Below, piece after piece: positions 25,783-38,214 of a DNA stretch of 64,000 nt. Every line of letters starts with the position of its first letter. Positions within the stretch are counted from its first letter, which is position 1. The notes under the pieces were generated by a model that was given only the letters and a program-made list of their open reading frames with translations, was not told the origin of the DNA and searched no databases. Made by a program: the position numbers and the translations under genes. Origin of the DNA: Octopus vulgaris (lineage: Eukaryota); the NCBI GenBank assembly GCA_951406725.2, contig OX597816.1, forward strand, positions 135,346,001 through 135,410,000, read 5' to 3'.

Positions 25783-26640
25783 CGAGTACCCGGACTAGTT
25801 ATGTTTTAAAAAAATAATAACTCATTTACCTAAGTTTTAACATCATCTCCTTCAAAATAATCACCTTGCGCAGCCTTCCTGTCACTTTTGGAATCCGGCC
25901 TGGAAGTGTTTTCCCTAAGCGAGTCGAAGACCTTCTGCGATTCGCTCTTGACTTGACAACATTGTTAAAACGGCAACCTTTGAACTGCATTTTTATCTTG
26001 GAAAAGAGATGGAAGTCCACAGGTGCTAAATCTGGCGAATAGGGTGGGTGCGGAAGCGATACCATGTTGTTTTTGGCGAGAAACTCACGAGTAACGAGAG
26101 CTTGGTGACAGGGTGCATTGTTGTCGCGAAGAATCTAATTCTTCACGCTCCACAGATCCGGTCGCTTTCGCCAAATGTCCTCCCTTAAACACTTCAAAAC
26201 GTTGCAGTAAAATTCTTGATCGGCCATCTGGGGACGAATACACAATACCGCGGATGTCGAAAAATAAAACGACGAGCCTGATTTTGATTGAGCTGCGACT
26301 CTGTCATGCACCCGTGCCACCCAAAACATTGCGTACAACCTCGTCGCTGTAAGCTTGCCGAAGTATGCTCAATGTCACTGTAGCACACTTCCAAAGTTTA
26401 ACGTACAATTTCACGTTGGTTCTTTGTTCCAGCTTTCTGTCCATGACAAAAATCGCAGACTATAGCATACATGTGGTTACAAAAAGCATAAATTTCACAA
26501 CTTGTGAAGTAAACACGGCGATTCCACTAGGCACACTGCTTCATGAAGGTCACTGCTAGCTCTCACTGCACATGCAACCGTGTGCTACCATCTGTTGGCG
26601 CGCTATAGAACCAGTTCGGAAACTTTTTGATACTACCTCG
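25783..26640 (-). mobile_element. Mariner transposon (second family), internally deleted, inserted in a family C repeat
   Basis: NVKLYVKLWKCATVTLSILRQAYSD.., QEFYCNVLKCLREDIWRKRPDLW, HPPYSPDLAPVDFHLFSKIKMQFKGCRF; end CGGAAACTTTTTGATACTACCTCG at 26640 and TA|CGAG at 25781. Confidence 0.9.
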
Positions 26641-27474
26641 TTTATTGTCCAATATATTCTTTACTCAAGACGCCAGGGTGTGATCTGAGGACGAATTTGG
26701 TTACTTTTTCTTGGAAGTTGAACGACATACAAGTTTCATGTTAAACTCCAAGAGTGGCCGACCTACATTGACGTCACTTTGTATAAAGGAAAATGTTGGC
26801 AGCGATACAGCAGACAAACCTGATGATACTCTCTTCTGCACTGTTAGAAAACAACTCTTTCTTTCTTCTTTAACAGAGGTGTATGAGGCGGTGTAAGGTA
26901 TGAGTTGCTTCTGTTTCATTATCTCAATGAAAATGTTATTGTAAGAGACGGTGAGAGGTAATAGCTACTTTGGGAGAGTGTGATAGGTGAAGAGAGAAAG
27001 TACTGGCAGTATTTCAGTGACATGTATAGATATACTTACATAAACTCCATTATGATAATCATACGCATGCCAGTTTTTGCGAGGTTTATTTACACACAAG
27101 CACTAACACACACTCATGCACACATGAACACACAAATTTCCGAAAAAAAAAAAAGAACAGTATAATGTAATAATTACTTTAAAGAATGTGACAGCGAGAG
27201 GAACGTCATACTGTGCTTCAGTTACATACGTAGACATATAAATATATATAAACTCCATTTTATAAGCATATTTAACATTATATTTCTAAAAATTAGTCAG
27301 GCAGTCAACCATGTAGTTAAGTATTTATCGGTGTACTTTACATTCTCTATATATACGCAAATTCACAGGTCTTTTAGATGGATTTAGACAGAAAAATAAA
27401 ATTTGATTGCTTATATAAAACTAAGATGTAGTCTTTAGTGGAAGATATGAAAATTTTTTGTATGTTATTTATAT

Positions 27475-27697
27475 TGGTTTCAAATTTTGGTACATGGCCA
27501 TCAATTTGGCGGGAGGGGTAAGTCGATTACATCGACCCCAGTGTTCAACTGGTACTTATTTTATTGACTTTATTGACTCCGGAAAGATGAAAGGCAAAGT
27601 CGACCCCGGCAGAATTTGAACTCAGAACGCAAAGACGGACGAAATGCCGCTAAGTATTTTTTGCCTGGTGTGCTAACGATTGTTCCTGTTCGCCGCT
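27475..27697 (-). mobile_element. SINE family A, short-tail type
   Basis: TTGGTTTCAAATTTTGG..AAGGCAAAGTCGACCCCGGCAGAATTTGAACTCAGAACG..GCTAACGAT. Confidence 0.88.
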
Positions 27698-28693
27698 CTG
27701 TTATTTATGTTACAAACAAAAAGTGGCTCAAATTGACAGCAGTCAAGTTGCTTACATTACAACAAATCAGCTCATTTTAGATACGCTATATTCAAACGTT
27801 ATATTCAAATGAATAACAAATATTTTTGGGGAAACAAATATAAACTAAAAGTAGCTAAGGAATGGATATGGTTTTAACTAATTCGTGAAATTCTTGAAAA
27901 ACGTTTTGCATGTTGAAAGCGTACAATGAAGGTCGGTTTCCACTTCATGCTTATTTTGGAAATTGTCATATAACATGGCGTCAGCAACAATGGTGTAAAC
28001 TGCTCTTATCTTAGAAGTAGATTAATGATTGCTTTGTTTTGACAAAATCTGTATCCTCTGATGTATTGGAAACGCTAATTAATATAGCTACTGATACTGT
28101 GAATAGCCGCCGAGCTGAATATAAATTCGGTGTATGTAATTGAAATTGTATAAAATAGTCACGTATTATATATATATATATATATCCATATATTGGTGGG
28201 GCGGTAAAAGAGTGTGTGTGTATGTGTGTATACATACATATATATAAATGCATAGTCAGACGAGTGGTCATTTCTGGATGTAATTTTGAATTTCTATTTC
28301 TGCAGCCGCCGCATCATCCCATGTGAGTAAGCAATACCCATTGCCGGCCTCACCTCAGCGTTGTGGAGTATAGCGGCTAAAGGATATACAATGAATAAAT
28401 CAATTTAGCTGATATACGAATAGAATTTAACGCAGTGACGATTGTATGTTATACTATTCAAGCGTCAAACCGTTTTGTGTGTGTGTGTGTATTTTGTTTG
28501 TTTGTCTCATTTTCTCGGGATAATTTTGTGTAAGTAGCATCGACTGTCTTACCTGAAACGATTTGTTTTTGTATTGTCTTGTTCGTAATCGGTATATTCC
28601 GCCAATATGTTTGTTTGATACGTTGACTTCAACTATGCACATGATGAAAGTTTTATAATGAACGTGTGTGTTTCTGTCTGTGTATGCATGTGT

Positions 28694-28794
<101 letters not shown>

Positions 28795-29738
28795 CCGAAT
28801 ACAGGCGACTAAATAGCGTCACTTCTGTATTTACTTAAGTGACGTTTTGATTCAATTTATTAAACTGATTAGCAAGTATACCCATCCATCTACGATTGAG
28901 ACATAAAATGAAGGAGGGAAGTCATAACAGCAGTATGTATTGAGAAACATGTAAATGGACTTGATAGATTACTGGTTGATGTCTTTGAGAAATTACATTC
29001 TTGTTGGTGATACAGCATTCCATTGAAGTTATATGACATGTACTTGCGACTAAGTGACATGTGATGATGATTCACTCCCGAACTGAAATAGGCTCATGAA
29101 TGGTTATGTGGATCACTTCTAACGAAAGCTAGATCTTCCTTTGACTACTACATAAAAAGTAGAAGAGAGTACAGACAGACAGACGGACATAACACCCATT
29201 GTAGTAAGAAGATATTAAAGTCAGTGAATAGCCTCGTTACTATGTTCTCAGCCTCTTGTTGGCCGTTATATATACATACCTCTGTTATATATGTTCAGAT
29301 GAGTTTTGTGTGCAGAAATTCACTTGAGATGTATCTGCAGTGGGATAAGCACTGATTGTACTGTTTTGGCGTGTTCTTGTTTGAAATAATATATATTCTG
29401 CTGTTATACCTTGTCCAATAAGTAGATCTCATCGATGCACATGAAAATGGCCAATTCAATTATATATCATTTCAGTCATAATTTTTTTATGTGATTGAAG
29501 CAAATTATAATTAAAACATATATGTGACATTGTTTAAAGTAATTATGATAAAACTATAAACGACAGAAACTATTGCATGTTTTATTTATTTTTTCATCCA
29601 TTCTCATCATACTGTTAAATGATAAACTATTTATCTATCTTTTTGCCATGAAGGCACCGGGAATGACGAAGATGCATTCTAAAATACATTAGCCAGGACA
29701 CACACAGACTGACGTGTGTATGCGCGTTCGTGTGTATC

Positions 29739-29771
<33 letters not shown>

Positions 29772-30284
29772 TTGTCACGTGTGAATAAATAGATAACTAT
29801 TGCCGCCTTTTTACACTATTACTGTTGTTTATCATCATCATGCAAGCTGTAAGTTATATTTTTATAGTTAATCTTTTATCATAGTTTATCTTTTTATAAA
29901 GTACAACAGCAGTCTGTTCTCGATAAACCAACCCATGACTCTGTTAGAGGCCTCTCGTTTATTTATTTGTTTATTTATTTACTTATTTATTCATTTATTT
30001 AATTATATATTTATCGTTATTAAGGTCTGGATCATGATGGTTGAGTACTAACATTGTTATGAAGAGTTGCATTAGTTTCTGTTTCTGAAATGGAAGTAGT
30101 CATGATGGATTGTAAATTGTCATGAGTTCACGCATATGCAGGGACTTTTAGGGTGTTAACCGTGTATTGTAAATGTTTACTGATGATATGATGCAATACT
30201 GTTTTTTTGATGTGATTCTGTAGCTGAACATGACTTTGTTATCATTACTCCATTTGTAGATGTTTTTGTAATCTTTTCATAAAG

Positions 30285-30592
30285 GATGTGCATGTCTTTC
30301 ATATGAAGTGTTTTGGCTATGCATAAATGATGCCTGTCTGCAGGAGATTAAGGAGTTGGATGAGAATATTATCGGCAAGACCTTATTATATTCAGACTTT
30401 ATCTTATTTTTGCACCGTATCCCAATCACTTTTCCAAAAACAGACGTCAGAGCTATCATCACGCAACTCACACATATCTTGTTCAATATTCGATTCCCAA
30501 ATAATGAAGAATTTGTTTTCACATGGGACTATGAGTTGCTACTTCCAAGCCAGGTGCATTATTTACAAGCGGCAGCTAACGTTTTTCTGTAA
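30285..30592 (+). CDS. Candidate terminal coding exon of an unidentified protein (~100 aa)
   Basis: Frame open 30272-30592 in non-repetitive DNA with protein-like composition (CACLSYEVFWLCINDACLQEIKELDENIIGKTLLYSDFILFLHRIPITFPK..); pyrimidine-rich possible acceptor ending aag at 30284; AATAAA ~50 nt after the stop. No recognisable homology. Confidence 0.3.
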
Positions 30593-30968
30593 ATATAGAC
30601 GTTTACATTTTTACCTCGTATACTGAAGTAGAATGTTTTGACTGAATAAAACGATTGATTCTAAACAACTGTTCCTTGTCACAACAATTCATTTTCCTAC
30701 AAAACAAAAATTTAACAATGAAAGTGAACACATTTCTTCAGCGCTCCATCAGTTACTACTACAGAGTGAGTACACTGGAAAACTACATTCCTAAATTTTC
30801 TCACTGAATTCTCAGACACAACTGAACTAAAATGATTCACATTGCCTGCGAACTTCATCACACTTTCAGTCTGCAGCCATTCTGCAGTTTGCCTCAACTA
30901 CAATATTGTATCTTCATTAAACAGCAGAATGTATATATGTATGCCTGTGTGTATGTGTGTGTGTTTGT

Positions 30969-31035
<67 letters not shown>

Positions 31036-31129
31036 TGTGTCTGTGTGTGTGTACGTGCGTGCATTTTATAAATTACAATAAATTCTAATTACTGAAGCGG
31101 AAAACCAGGAAGTGAAGAATCTTTTTGAC

Positions 31130-31612
31130 TCAATTCTACGCCAGACTCTGCGAATAATTGATGACGAATACATCAAGAGAAAAGTTTTATAGAATCATTC
31201 ATTTCGGGAATCTTTTCTGACTAAATTCAATAAAGACTCATTGAAAATTCGTTGAAACCGTCAATGCTGTCTGAAATTGCAACATGAATAGAGGCCATCT
31301 CCCTTAGTAATGAGCAACTACTTCTGTCTCGGACAAATCAATCTATAGGCGTATTTTTAGTTAGACCTACGATGACTGCTCTGTTGTTGTAAATAAAAAG
31401 ACATGAAACTTGCTACAACTGCAAAAGGGTTGGCCGTTTTTCACAAGCATGTCGATCAAAAAGAAACATAACGTCAGCATCTACAATACTTGCTACAGCA
31501 AAAGCATATCAAGGAAACTTCATTCAAAATGCTAGAGGAGTATATGTGAGTAGCCAAAATATTGAGGCTTTACACGATTTGGGTATAGATGATGTTAGCT
31601 AGAATCACTTAC
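31130..31612 (+). mobile_element. Gypsy LTR-retrotransposon gag-protease fossil
   Basis: IESFISGIFSD*IQ*RLIEN (cf. RDAFISGL..IRQRLLE), zinc knuckle TCYNCKRVGRFSQACRSK (His->Arg), then VYVSSQNIEALHDLG (cf. aspartic protease ALIDSG). Confidence 0.68.
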
Positions 31613-32351
31613 TAGCAACATCTCAACAACGTCTTTAATTTATCCTGGAAACTCAATCTAGGTAGATTGTTTCTTGATATTTCTGTATTTCAAACATCTT
31701 ATGTGTATGTGCTGTACTAAAAACAAAACAGGCAGTAAATGTTGAGACTTACAACAAGCGGGTGCACAAAATACTGAAAACTTCTTAGCTAAGAAATGAC
31801 AGTAAGAAGAATTCTCTAAATATTGGTGGAGATTCTTTTAGTAATGGACTAAACAGCCCGGTTGAAATTTGAGATGCGAAAGTGCTTATAAACTGTCTAT
31901 GAAGGCACCTTTTTCTTAACTGTAATATGAAATATGTTACAAGTTTGCATATGTTTGCACGCGTCATATCTACATCTGTCAGCTTGAATTTGATTATGAT
32001 TTTTCGTAATCATATGTGACTAGGGTGTCGTGCGCCAATATCTGGTGTTTCTTCCTGTCAAATCCGTTTAATATGGGTTGTTAGGTTAGATAATACTGTA
32101 GTTATTGCGTGGAAAATGCTAGAATCGGTATATCATTTTGGGTGGTGAAAAGAAAGAGGGACTCACAAAATGCCTAATCGGATTATCGGATTCTGGTTCA
32201 GTGAATATTTATATAGTCAGAATTTAAATTTGTTGTACACATCAAATAGACTTGATATGAAACAGTATTTAACATTATTAGTTTGAATGGTTGAGTATAA
32301 CTATTTGGAATTTCTTGAACTTCTTGGTACTTTGTGAGTTTGAATGACCAA

Positions 32352-32948
32352 ATTTGGAACTTGGGAAAAGTCTTACATATTTTCACTGTTCCACTCACAG
32401 ACTGCACTTGAAACGTACGAATTAGCGTGTTGATTTCTTTTTCTGATAATCCCAGTTTATCCAGATTCTCCTTTAAGCATTCTGATAATCCCAGTTTATC
32501 CAGATTCTTCTTTAAGCATTTACTAAGAAAATCTAGTGCTCCAATTATTATTGGTATGAATTTGAATTCATAGTCCAGAAATAGAAGCTGGAGGTTTCAA
32601 AGCAGTTGTCCATAGACTTCCCCTTTTCCAAGAGATATTTATATCTGCAGGGCAGCTGACCTCTATGATGGTACATGTCTTTGCCCCTCTGTCCCAAACA
32701 ACAATATCCGGTCTGTTATGTTTACATTTAACAGAAGTGTTGATGGGAATATTCCACCAGTATTCCTTGAGTTGGTGTTTATGAATGAATTTCATAGCAG
32801 AGGGATTTTCTAAGTTTATTTCAGGACACTCTTTTTTGCAGATGGCATTGTAAATTATTTTAGCCACATCGTCCCACAAAGGGAGGTGGTACCGCGGCGA
32901 CGTTTTAGGACAGCTGTTAACCACATGCGTGATGTCTTCCACAGAAAC
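32352..32948 (-). mobile_element. RLE-type (R4/Dong-like) non-LTR retrotransposon fragment, 5' junction in (CATA)n
   Basis: EDITHVVNSCPK (end of CCHC), RYHLPLWDDVAKIIYNAIC, WWNIPINTSVKCKHNRPDIVVWD..TIIEVSCP (PD..E nuclease core), IPIIIGAL, SGTVKICKTF; same family as 60983-61440. Confidence 0.88.
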
Positions 32949-33001
32949 ATATGTATGTATGTATGTATTTATATATGTATGTACGTACATGCGTATGTAT
33001 G

Positions 33002-33382
33002 TACTCTTTTACTTGTTTCAGTCATTTGACTGTGGCCATGCTGGAGCACCGCCTTTAGTCGAGCAAATCGACCCCAGGGCTTATTATTTGTAAGCCTAGT
33101 ACTTATTCTATCGGTCTCTTTTGCCGAACCGCTAAGTTACGGGGACGTAAACACACCGGCACCGGTTGTCAAGCGATGTTGGGGGGGGGGACAAACATAC
33201 ACACACACATATATATATATACATATATACGACGGGCTTCTTTCAGTTTCCGTCTACCAAATCTACTCACAAGGCCCGAGGCTATAGTAGAAGACACTTG
33301 CCATGGTGCCACGCAGTGGGACTGAACCTGGAACCATGTGGTTCGTAAGCAATCTACATACCACATAGCCACTCCTACGCCT
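33002..33382 (-). mobile_element. SINE family B, young near-full copy
   Basis: TACTCTTTTACTTGTTTCAGTCATTTGACTG..GGGACTGAACCTGGAACCATGTGG..GCCACTCCTACGCC. Confidence 0.93.
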
Positions 33383-34103
33383 ATGTATGCATGTATGCAT
33401 GTATGTAAGTTAACAGTCTCTGTGTGGTTTTTTGAATGGTTACTATGTTCCGTCCTTGTAATTGTTTTAGTTTCATCACATGATCTCTGATCAAATCACT
33501 TGCTTGGCGAGCACACCTCCGAAATTTAATGTTTATATTCTTGTTCCTGTTGATGAGGGTTTTTACTTCATATCGTGTTCATCTCTGCCTCACCATCTTC
33601 TCCACTAACACCTCCAACGTCTTCTCCACCGTAGTATTCACCATTTCCGCTGCCGTGTCTCCTCTACCACCTCTTCCTCATCAATAATTTTAACCAGTTA
33701 GCAAAGAAGGATGTTAAAGAAGATTCAAGAGACTTTACTAAGTACGTCTTTCCCCTTAACCAGCTCCTTAAGACGTGATGTGCATGTATGTATGTGTGTG
33801 TGCATGTATGCGTGTATGTATATATGCCTGTATGTATGTATGTATGTATGCCTGTATGTATGTATTATGGATGTATGTATGTATGTATGTATGTAAATAT
33901 ATATGTATGCGTGTATACATGTATGTATATATGGATGTGTGCATGTACGTGTATGTATGTATGTATGTATGTATGTATGTATGTATGTATGTATGTATGC
34001 ATGCATGTACGCATGTGTATGCATGTGTTTGTATATATCTGTGTATATATATATTCGCATGTATGTATGTGTGTGTGTATGTATGTATGTATGTATGTAT
34101 GTA

Positions 34104-34145
<42 letters not shown>

Positions 34146-34147
34146 TT

Positions 34148-34202
<55 letters not shown>

Positions 34203-34631
34203 AAGTATCGTATGTATACGTCTGAAGGTGGGATTGGCTCGAAAGACAATGAAAATACGTAAGTGACTAAGATCTGCAATATATAAAAGCTTCCCGTAAG
34301 ACGAGGATCGCCGATTTGATAGCAGATCCTAGAGACGACGGCTAGCGCTGCTGCTGCTACTGCCACTGTCATCCACTGCTAACAGCTGATGATAAACATT
34401 TGTTTGAACAATGGTCTGGACTGGCTTTATCGTACTTCTTGTTAAATGTTAACCTAGATAGACAGCTTTAGCGTGGTTAAAAAAAAAGCGAAAACAAAAA
34501 CCCTTAACCAAGGGATACATTCTAAGGTAAGTGAATGAAACTTTTTTATGCGACAAATGTGCAATTATGTACATCGTACTGTACATGTGAATGGGTGTAC
34601 AAGATTGCATATATATATATATATATATATA

Positions 34632-34854
34632 CTTTATTTTAAGCAGCAGAAAATTCAACAAAATCTGTTACTCTGAGTTTCTCGTTGCCGTTCATCAGAC
34701 AGTTTTTGCTAAACTGTCTGATGAACGGCAACGAGAAACTCAGAGTAACAGATTTTGTTGAATTTTCTGCTGCTTAAAATAAAGCATATTACTCTACCAC
34801 TGGTATTTGAGTACTCTTTTTTCCACCTTGTTTCACATTTATGTGTTTACTCCG

Positions 34855-34856
<2 letters not shown>
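34632..34856. mobile_element. Penelope-like element terminus with inverted duplication, embedded in (TA)n
   Basis: Perfect 74-bp inverted repeat 34632-34705 / 34711-34784; right arm continues to 34856 and matches 36681-36823; carries a hammerhead motif. Confidence 0.75.
34714..34751 (+). ncRNA. Minimal type I hammerhead ribozyme (mirror copy on the minus strand at 34665-34702)
   Basis: CTGT-CTGATGA-ACG GCAA CGA-GAAA-CTC A GAG-TA-ACAG: intact CUGAUGA/GAAA core, GNRA-capped stem II, palindromic stem III, GUA cleavage triplet ending at 34747. Confidence 0.72.
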
Positions 34857-34915
<59 letters not shown>

Positions 34916-35130
34916 TATATATATGTATATATTTATACTTATATTTATATTTATGTATATATACATACATTCATAATACACAAATATGTGTGTGTGTATG
35001 TATGTGTGTGTGTCTTGTTTTCCATTTGTTTCTCTCGTTCTTTACGTATTTTCGTATTTCATGTTGTTTATGTTTTGTGACGTCCTGTACCCATATATGC
35101 ATATGCATGTACATATGTGTGTGTATATAT

Positions 35131-35196
<66 letters not shown>

Positions 35197-35204
35197 CTTT
35201 CCTT

Positions 35205-35387
35205 TATTCCTTTACTTGTTTCAGTTATTTGACTGCGACATGCTGGGGTACGGCCTTTAGTCGAGGAAATCGATCCCTGGACTTCTTCTCTGTAAGCCTT
35301 GTACTTATTCTATCGGTCTCTTCTGGCGAACCGTCAAGGGATGTAAACTGTCGAGCAATGCTGGGGAAACAAACACAGACACAAACT

Positions 35388-35425
<38 letters not shown>

Positions 35426-35570
35426 AATATAAATACGATGGGCTTCTTTCAGTTTCCGTCTACCAAGTCCACTCACAGGGCTTTGGGTCGGCCCGAGACT
35501 ATAGCAGAAGACACACACGCAGTGAGACTGAACCCGGAACCATGTGGTTGGTAAGCAACCACCTGCGCCT
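35205..35570 (-). mobile_element. SINE family B, internally deleted
   Basis: TTTACTTGTTTCAGT..GGGCTTCTTTCAGTTTCCGTCTACCAA..GACTGAACCCGGAACCATGTGGTTGG. Confidence 0.87.
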
Positions 35571-35583
35571 ATTATCGATATGC

Positions 35584-35631
<48 letters not shown>

Positions 35632-35732
35632 TATTTATGTTATTATGTATATATATATATATATATATAATATACATATGTACGAGAAGACAAGCGAAAG
35701 AGGCACTCAACATATTTAATAGGAGTTATATA

Positions 35733-35796
<64 letters not shown>

Positions 35797-36091
35797 GATG
35801 ATGATGATGATAGTCAACGACTATTGAAGAGGTTGCAAGACGCAACAAAAATTTTAGAAAAAAATCAATAAGCAAATCAGTGGAAATCGAACCGGTGTGT
35901 GAAGTAATAAGGCACTAAACGAGAATGACTCTCCCCAGACACAATAAAATAATATCATTATTATTGTTATTTAAAACCGTTTGATTCGGTCCTATGTAAC
36001 TTGAAGTTTCGTGGGCTCGTTAAAAGATCCTAGCACATCACGTGGACCCCGGGACCTACGTCGCATGGGCGACTCAAACCGTTTTAAATAA

Positions 36092-36122
<31 letters not shown>

Positions 36123-36621
36123 CATACATACATACATACATACATACGTACATACGTACGTACGTACATACGTGCGTGCGTGTGTCTTTTGAACAATTAA
36201 TTTGTTGGGGTTTTTTTTTCTTCTCAACAGAATACAACTGATAAAGCTGCCTTGTTTAACTCTTAAAAGCTGCTAGGCTTTTGTGATAACATTACTGCCC
36301 AATGCGTGCGTGTGTTTACATATGCCCGTATATGATTGTGCTAAACTACTATTCACACGCTATCGATTTTTTTTTTTTCTGATTTGCACATACACTCTCA
36401 ATAATATTACTTCACAAGTGTGAAGTATTATTAATGAGAGTGTAATGTGCTCCGAACTCATAGTGATCTCTTGATTTCATTCTTTTTAATTCTCCGTAAC
36501 ACTTCTCGCGTGGATATTACTCACTCGTAGTGTTTATTAGCTTGTTTGTTTATGTGTCTGTACACAAACATATGCGCACACAACATATATAATATATTAT
36601 AAATATATATATATAATATAT

Positions 36622-36680
<59 letters not shown>

Positions 36681-36682
<2 letters not shown>

Positions 36683-36823
36683 GAGTAAACACATAAATGT
36701 GAAACAAGGTGGAAAAAAAGAGTACTCAAATACCAGGGGTAGAGTAATATGCTTTATTTAAAAGCAGCAGAAATTCAACAAAACCTGTTACTCGAAGTTT
36801 CACGTTCCCGTTTGTCGGCAGTT
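36681..36823 (-). mobile_element. Second copy of the Penelope-like terminus with a decayed hammerhead, abutting (TA)n
   Basis: Reverse complement of 34712-34856; minus strand reads CTG-CCGACAA-ACGGGAACGT-GAAA-CTTCGAG-TA-ACAG. Confidence 0.75.
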
Positions 36824-36871
36824 ACGTGCACACATATATACTCACACAACATTTATATGTTATATATACTA

Positions 36872-37190
36872 TAGTGGCAAGAAGCTTGCTTCCCAACCAC
36901 ACGGTCCCGGGTTCAGTCCCACTGAGTGGTACTTTTGGCAAGTGTTTTCTACCATAGCCCTGGTCCGACCAAAGCCTTGTGAGTGGATTTGGTTGACGAA
37001 AACTGAAAGAAGCCCGTCATATCTGTATATATCGTGAGTGTGTGTGTTTATATTTGTGTTTGTCCCCCACCTCCATCACTGCTTGACAACCAGTGTTAGT
37101 GTCTTTACGTCCCCGTAACTTAGCAGTTCGGCACAACAGACCGATAGAATAAGTACTAAGCTTAAAAAGTAGGTCCTGGGGGTTGATGAA
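36872..37190 (+). mobile_element. SINE family B
   Basis: AAGAAGCTTGCTTCCCAACCAC..GGGTTCAGTCCCACTG..GATAGAATAAGTACT. Confidence 0.88.
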
Positions 37191-37218
37191 AAGCACAAAG
37201 ACACACACAGAGATTGTA

Positions 37219-37280
<62 letters not shown>

Positions 37281-37767
37281 AATTTATGTTGTCTTTATAT
37301 TGTGATTTGCTGTTTATGCCCACTCAACTATGATTCGACTGATCTTTTATCAAAGGCATTTAAGCCATGACAGTCCCCTTTTTGTTTGTTTGTTATTACT
37401 TTTTGCAACGATATTGCATTCCGAACTACATTATTTGTTCCTTTTTTTAAGGCGGTTGTGTGTAAGTTGAGGATGGTATGTTGGTTTGACTGTTATTTCT
37501 AGCAAGTCGGTCATATAGAGATTTCTCCGTAAGGCCGCGTAATGTATATGCGCGCGCGTGTGTGTAATCAGAGACATTATACCTTTGTATACTATACAAT
37601 TATATTGCAAACACATTTTATGAACACGGTTTACTGAATATTACCGGCGAATTACGTTGAACGTTAGCGATTGTTTGTTTACATTACACATCCTGTCAGC
37701 TGAGTTTGTTTCCACTTTGTTCGCCATCTTGCGTGTACAAAGTCCGGAAGATCTCCCAGAATGTGTA

Positions 37768-37838
<71 letters not shown>

Positions 37839-38214
37839 GGGAGAGAGAAATTATATTCGAAGATGCAAAACAAAACAAAAAGTGTAAGACATCGAAGTGA
37901 AAAGATACGAAGTAACGATAAGAACGTGGAAAGAAATGTAAAGAACAAGCGACAGTCTGAAACCTAATATTTTTTGTGCCCTATAAGAAATGCACATAAA
38001 TTGAAACACAGTCTTTTATTTATAGAATAAATTAGATTTGGAAATATGTATTCACGTTTGCTGAACTTAATCCTTCACGTGGTCGTGCAGTTGGGATATA
38101 AAAAAGACATCGCTCTCTCGGCACTATCACTGCTTGTTTTTCTTTTTTTAGGGGAGTGATGATTCTCCCCACCCCCTTAGCCAATATCAATCTCCATTCA
38201 ATAAAAAACGTGTT

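Noticed and set aside
26877-28322. Micro-exon candidates 26877-26897 and 28306-28322 (good AG/GT context)
   Set aside because: Neither joins the 30285 ORF without creating a stop; such signals are expected by chance in 64 kb.
34217-34262. CTGAAGG..CGAAA hammerhead-like motif
   Set aside because: Core mutated, and no stem III or UH site in the right register.
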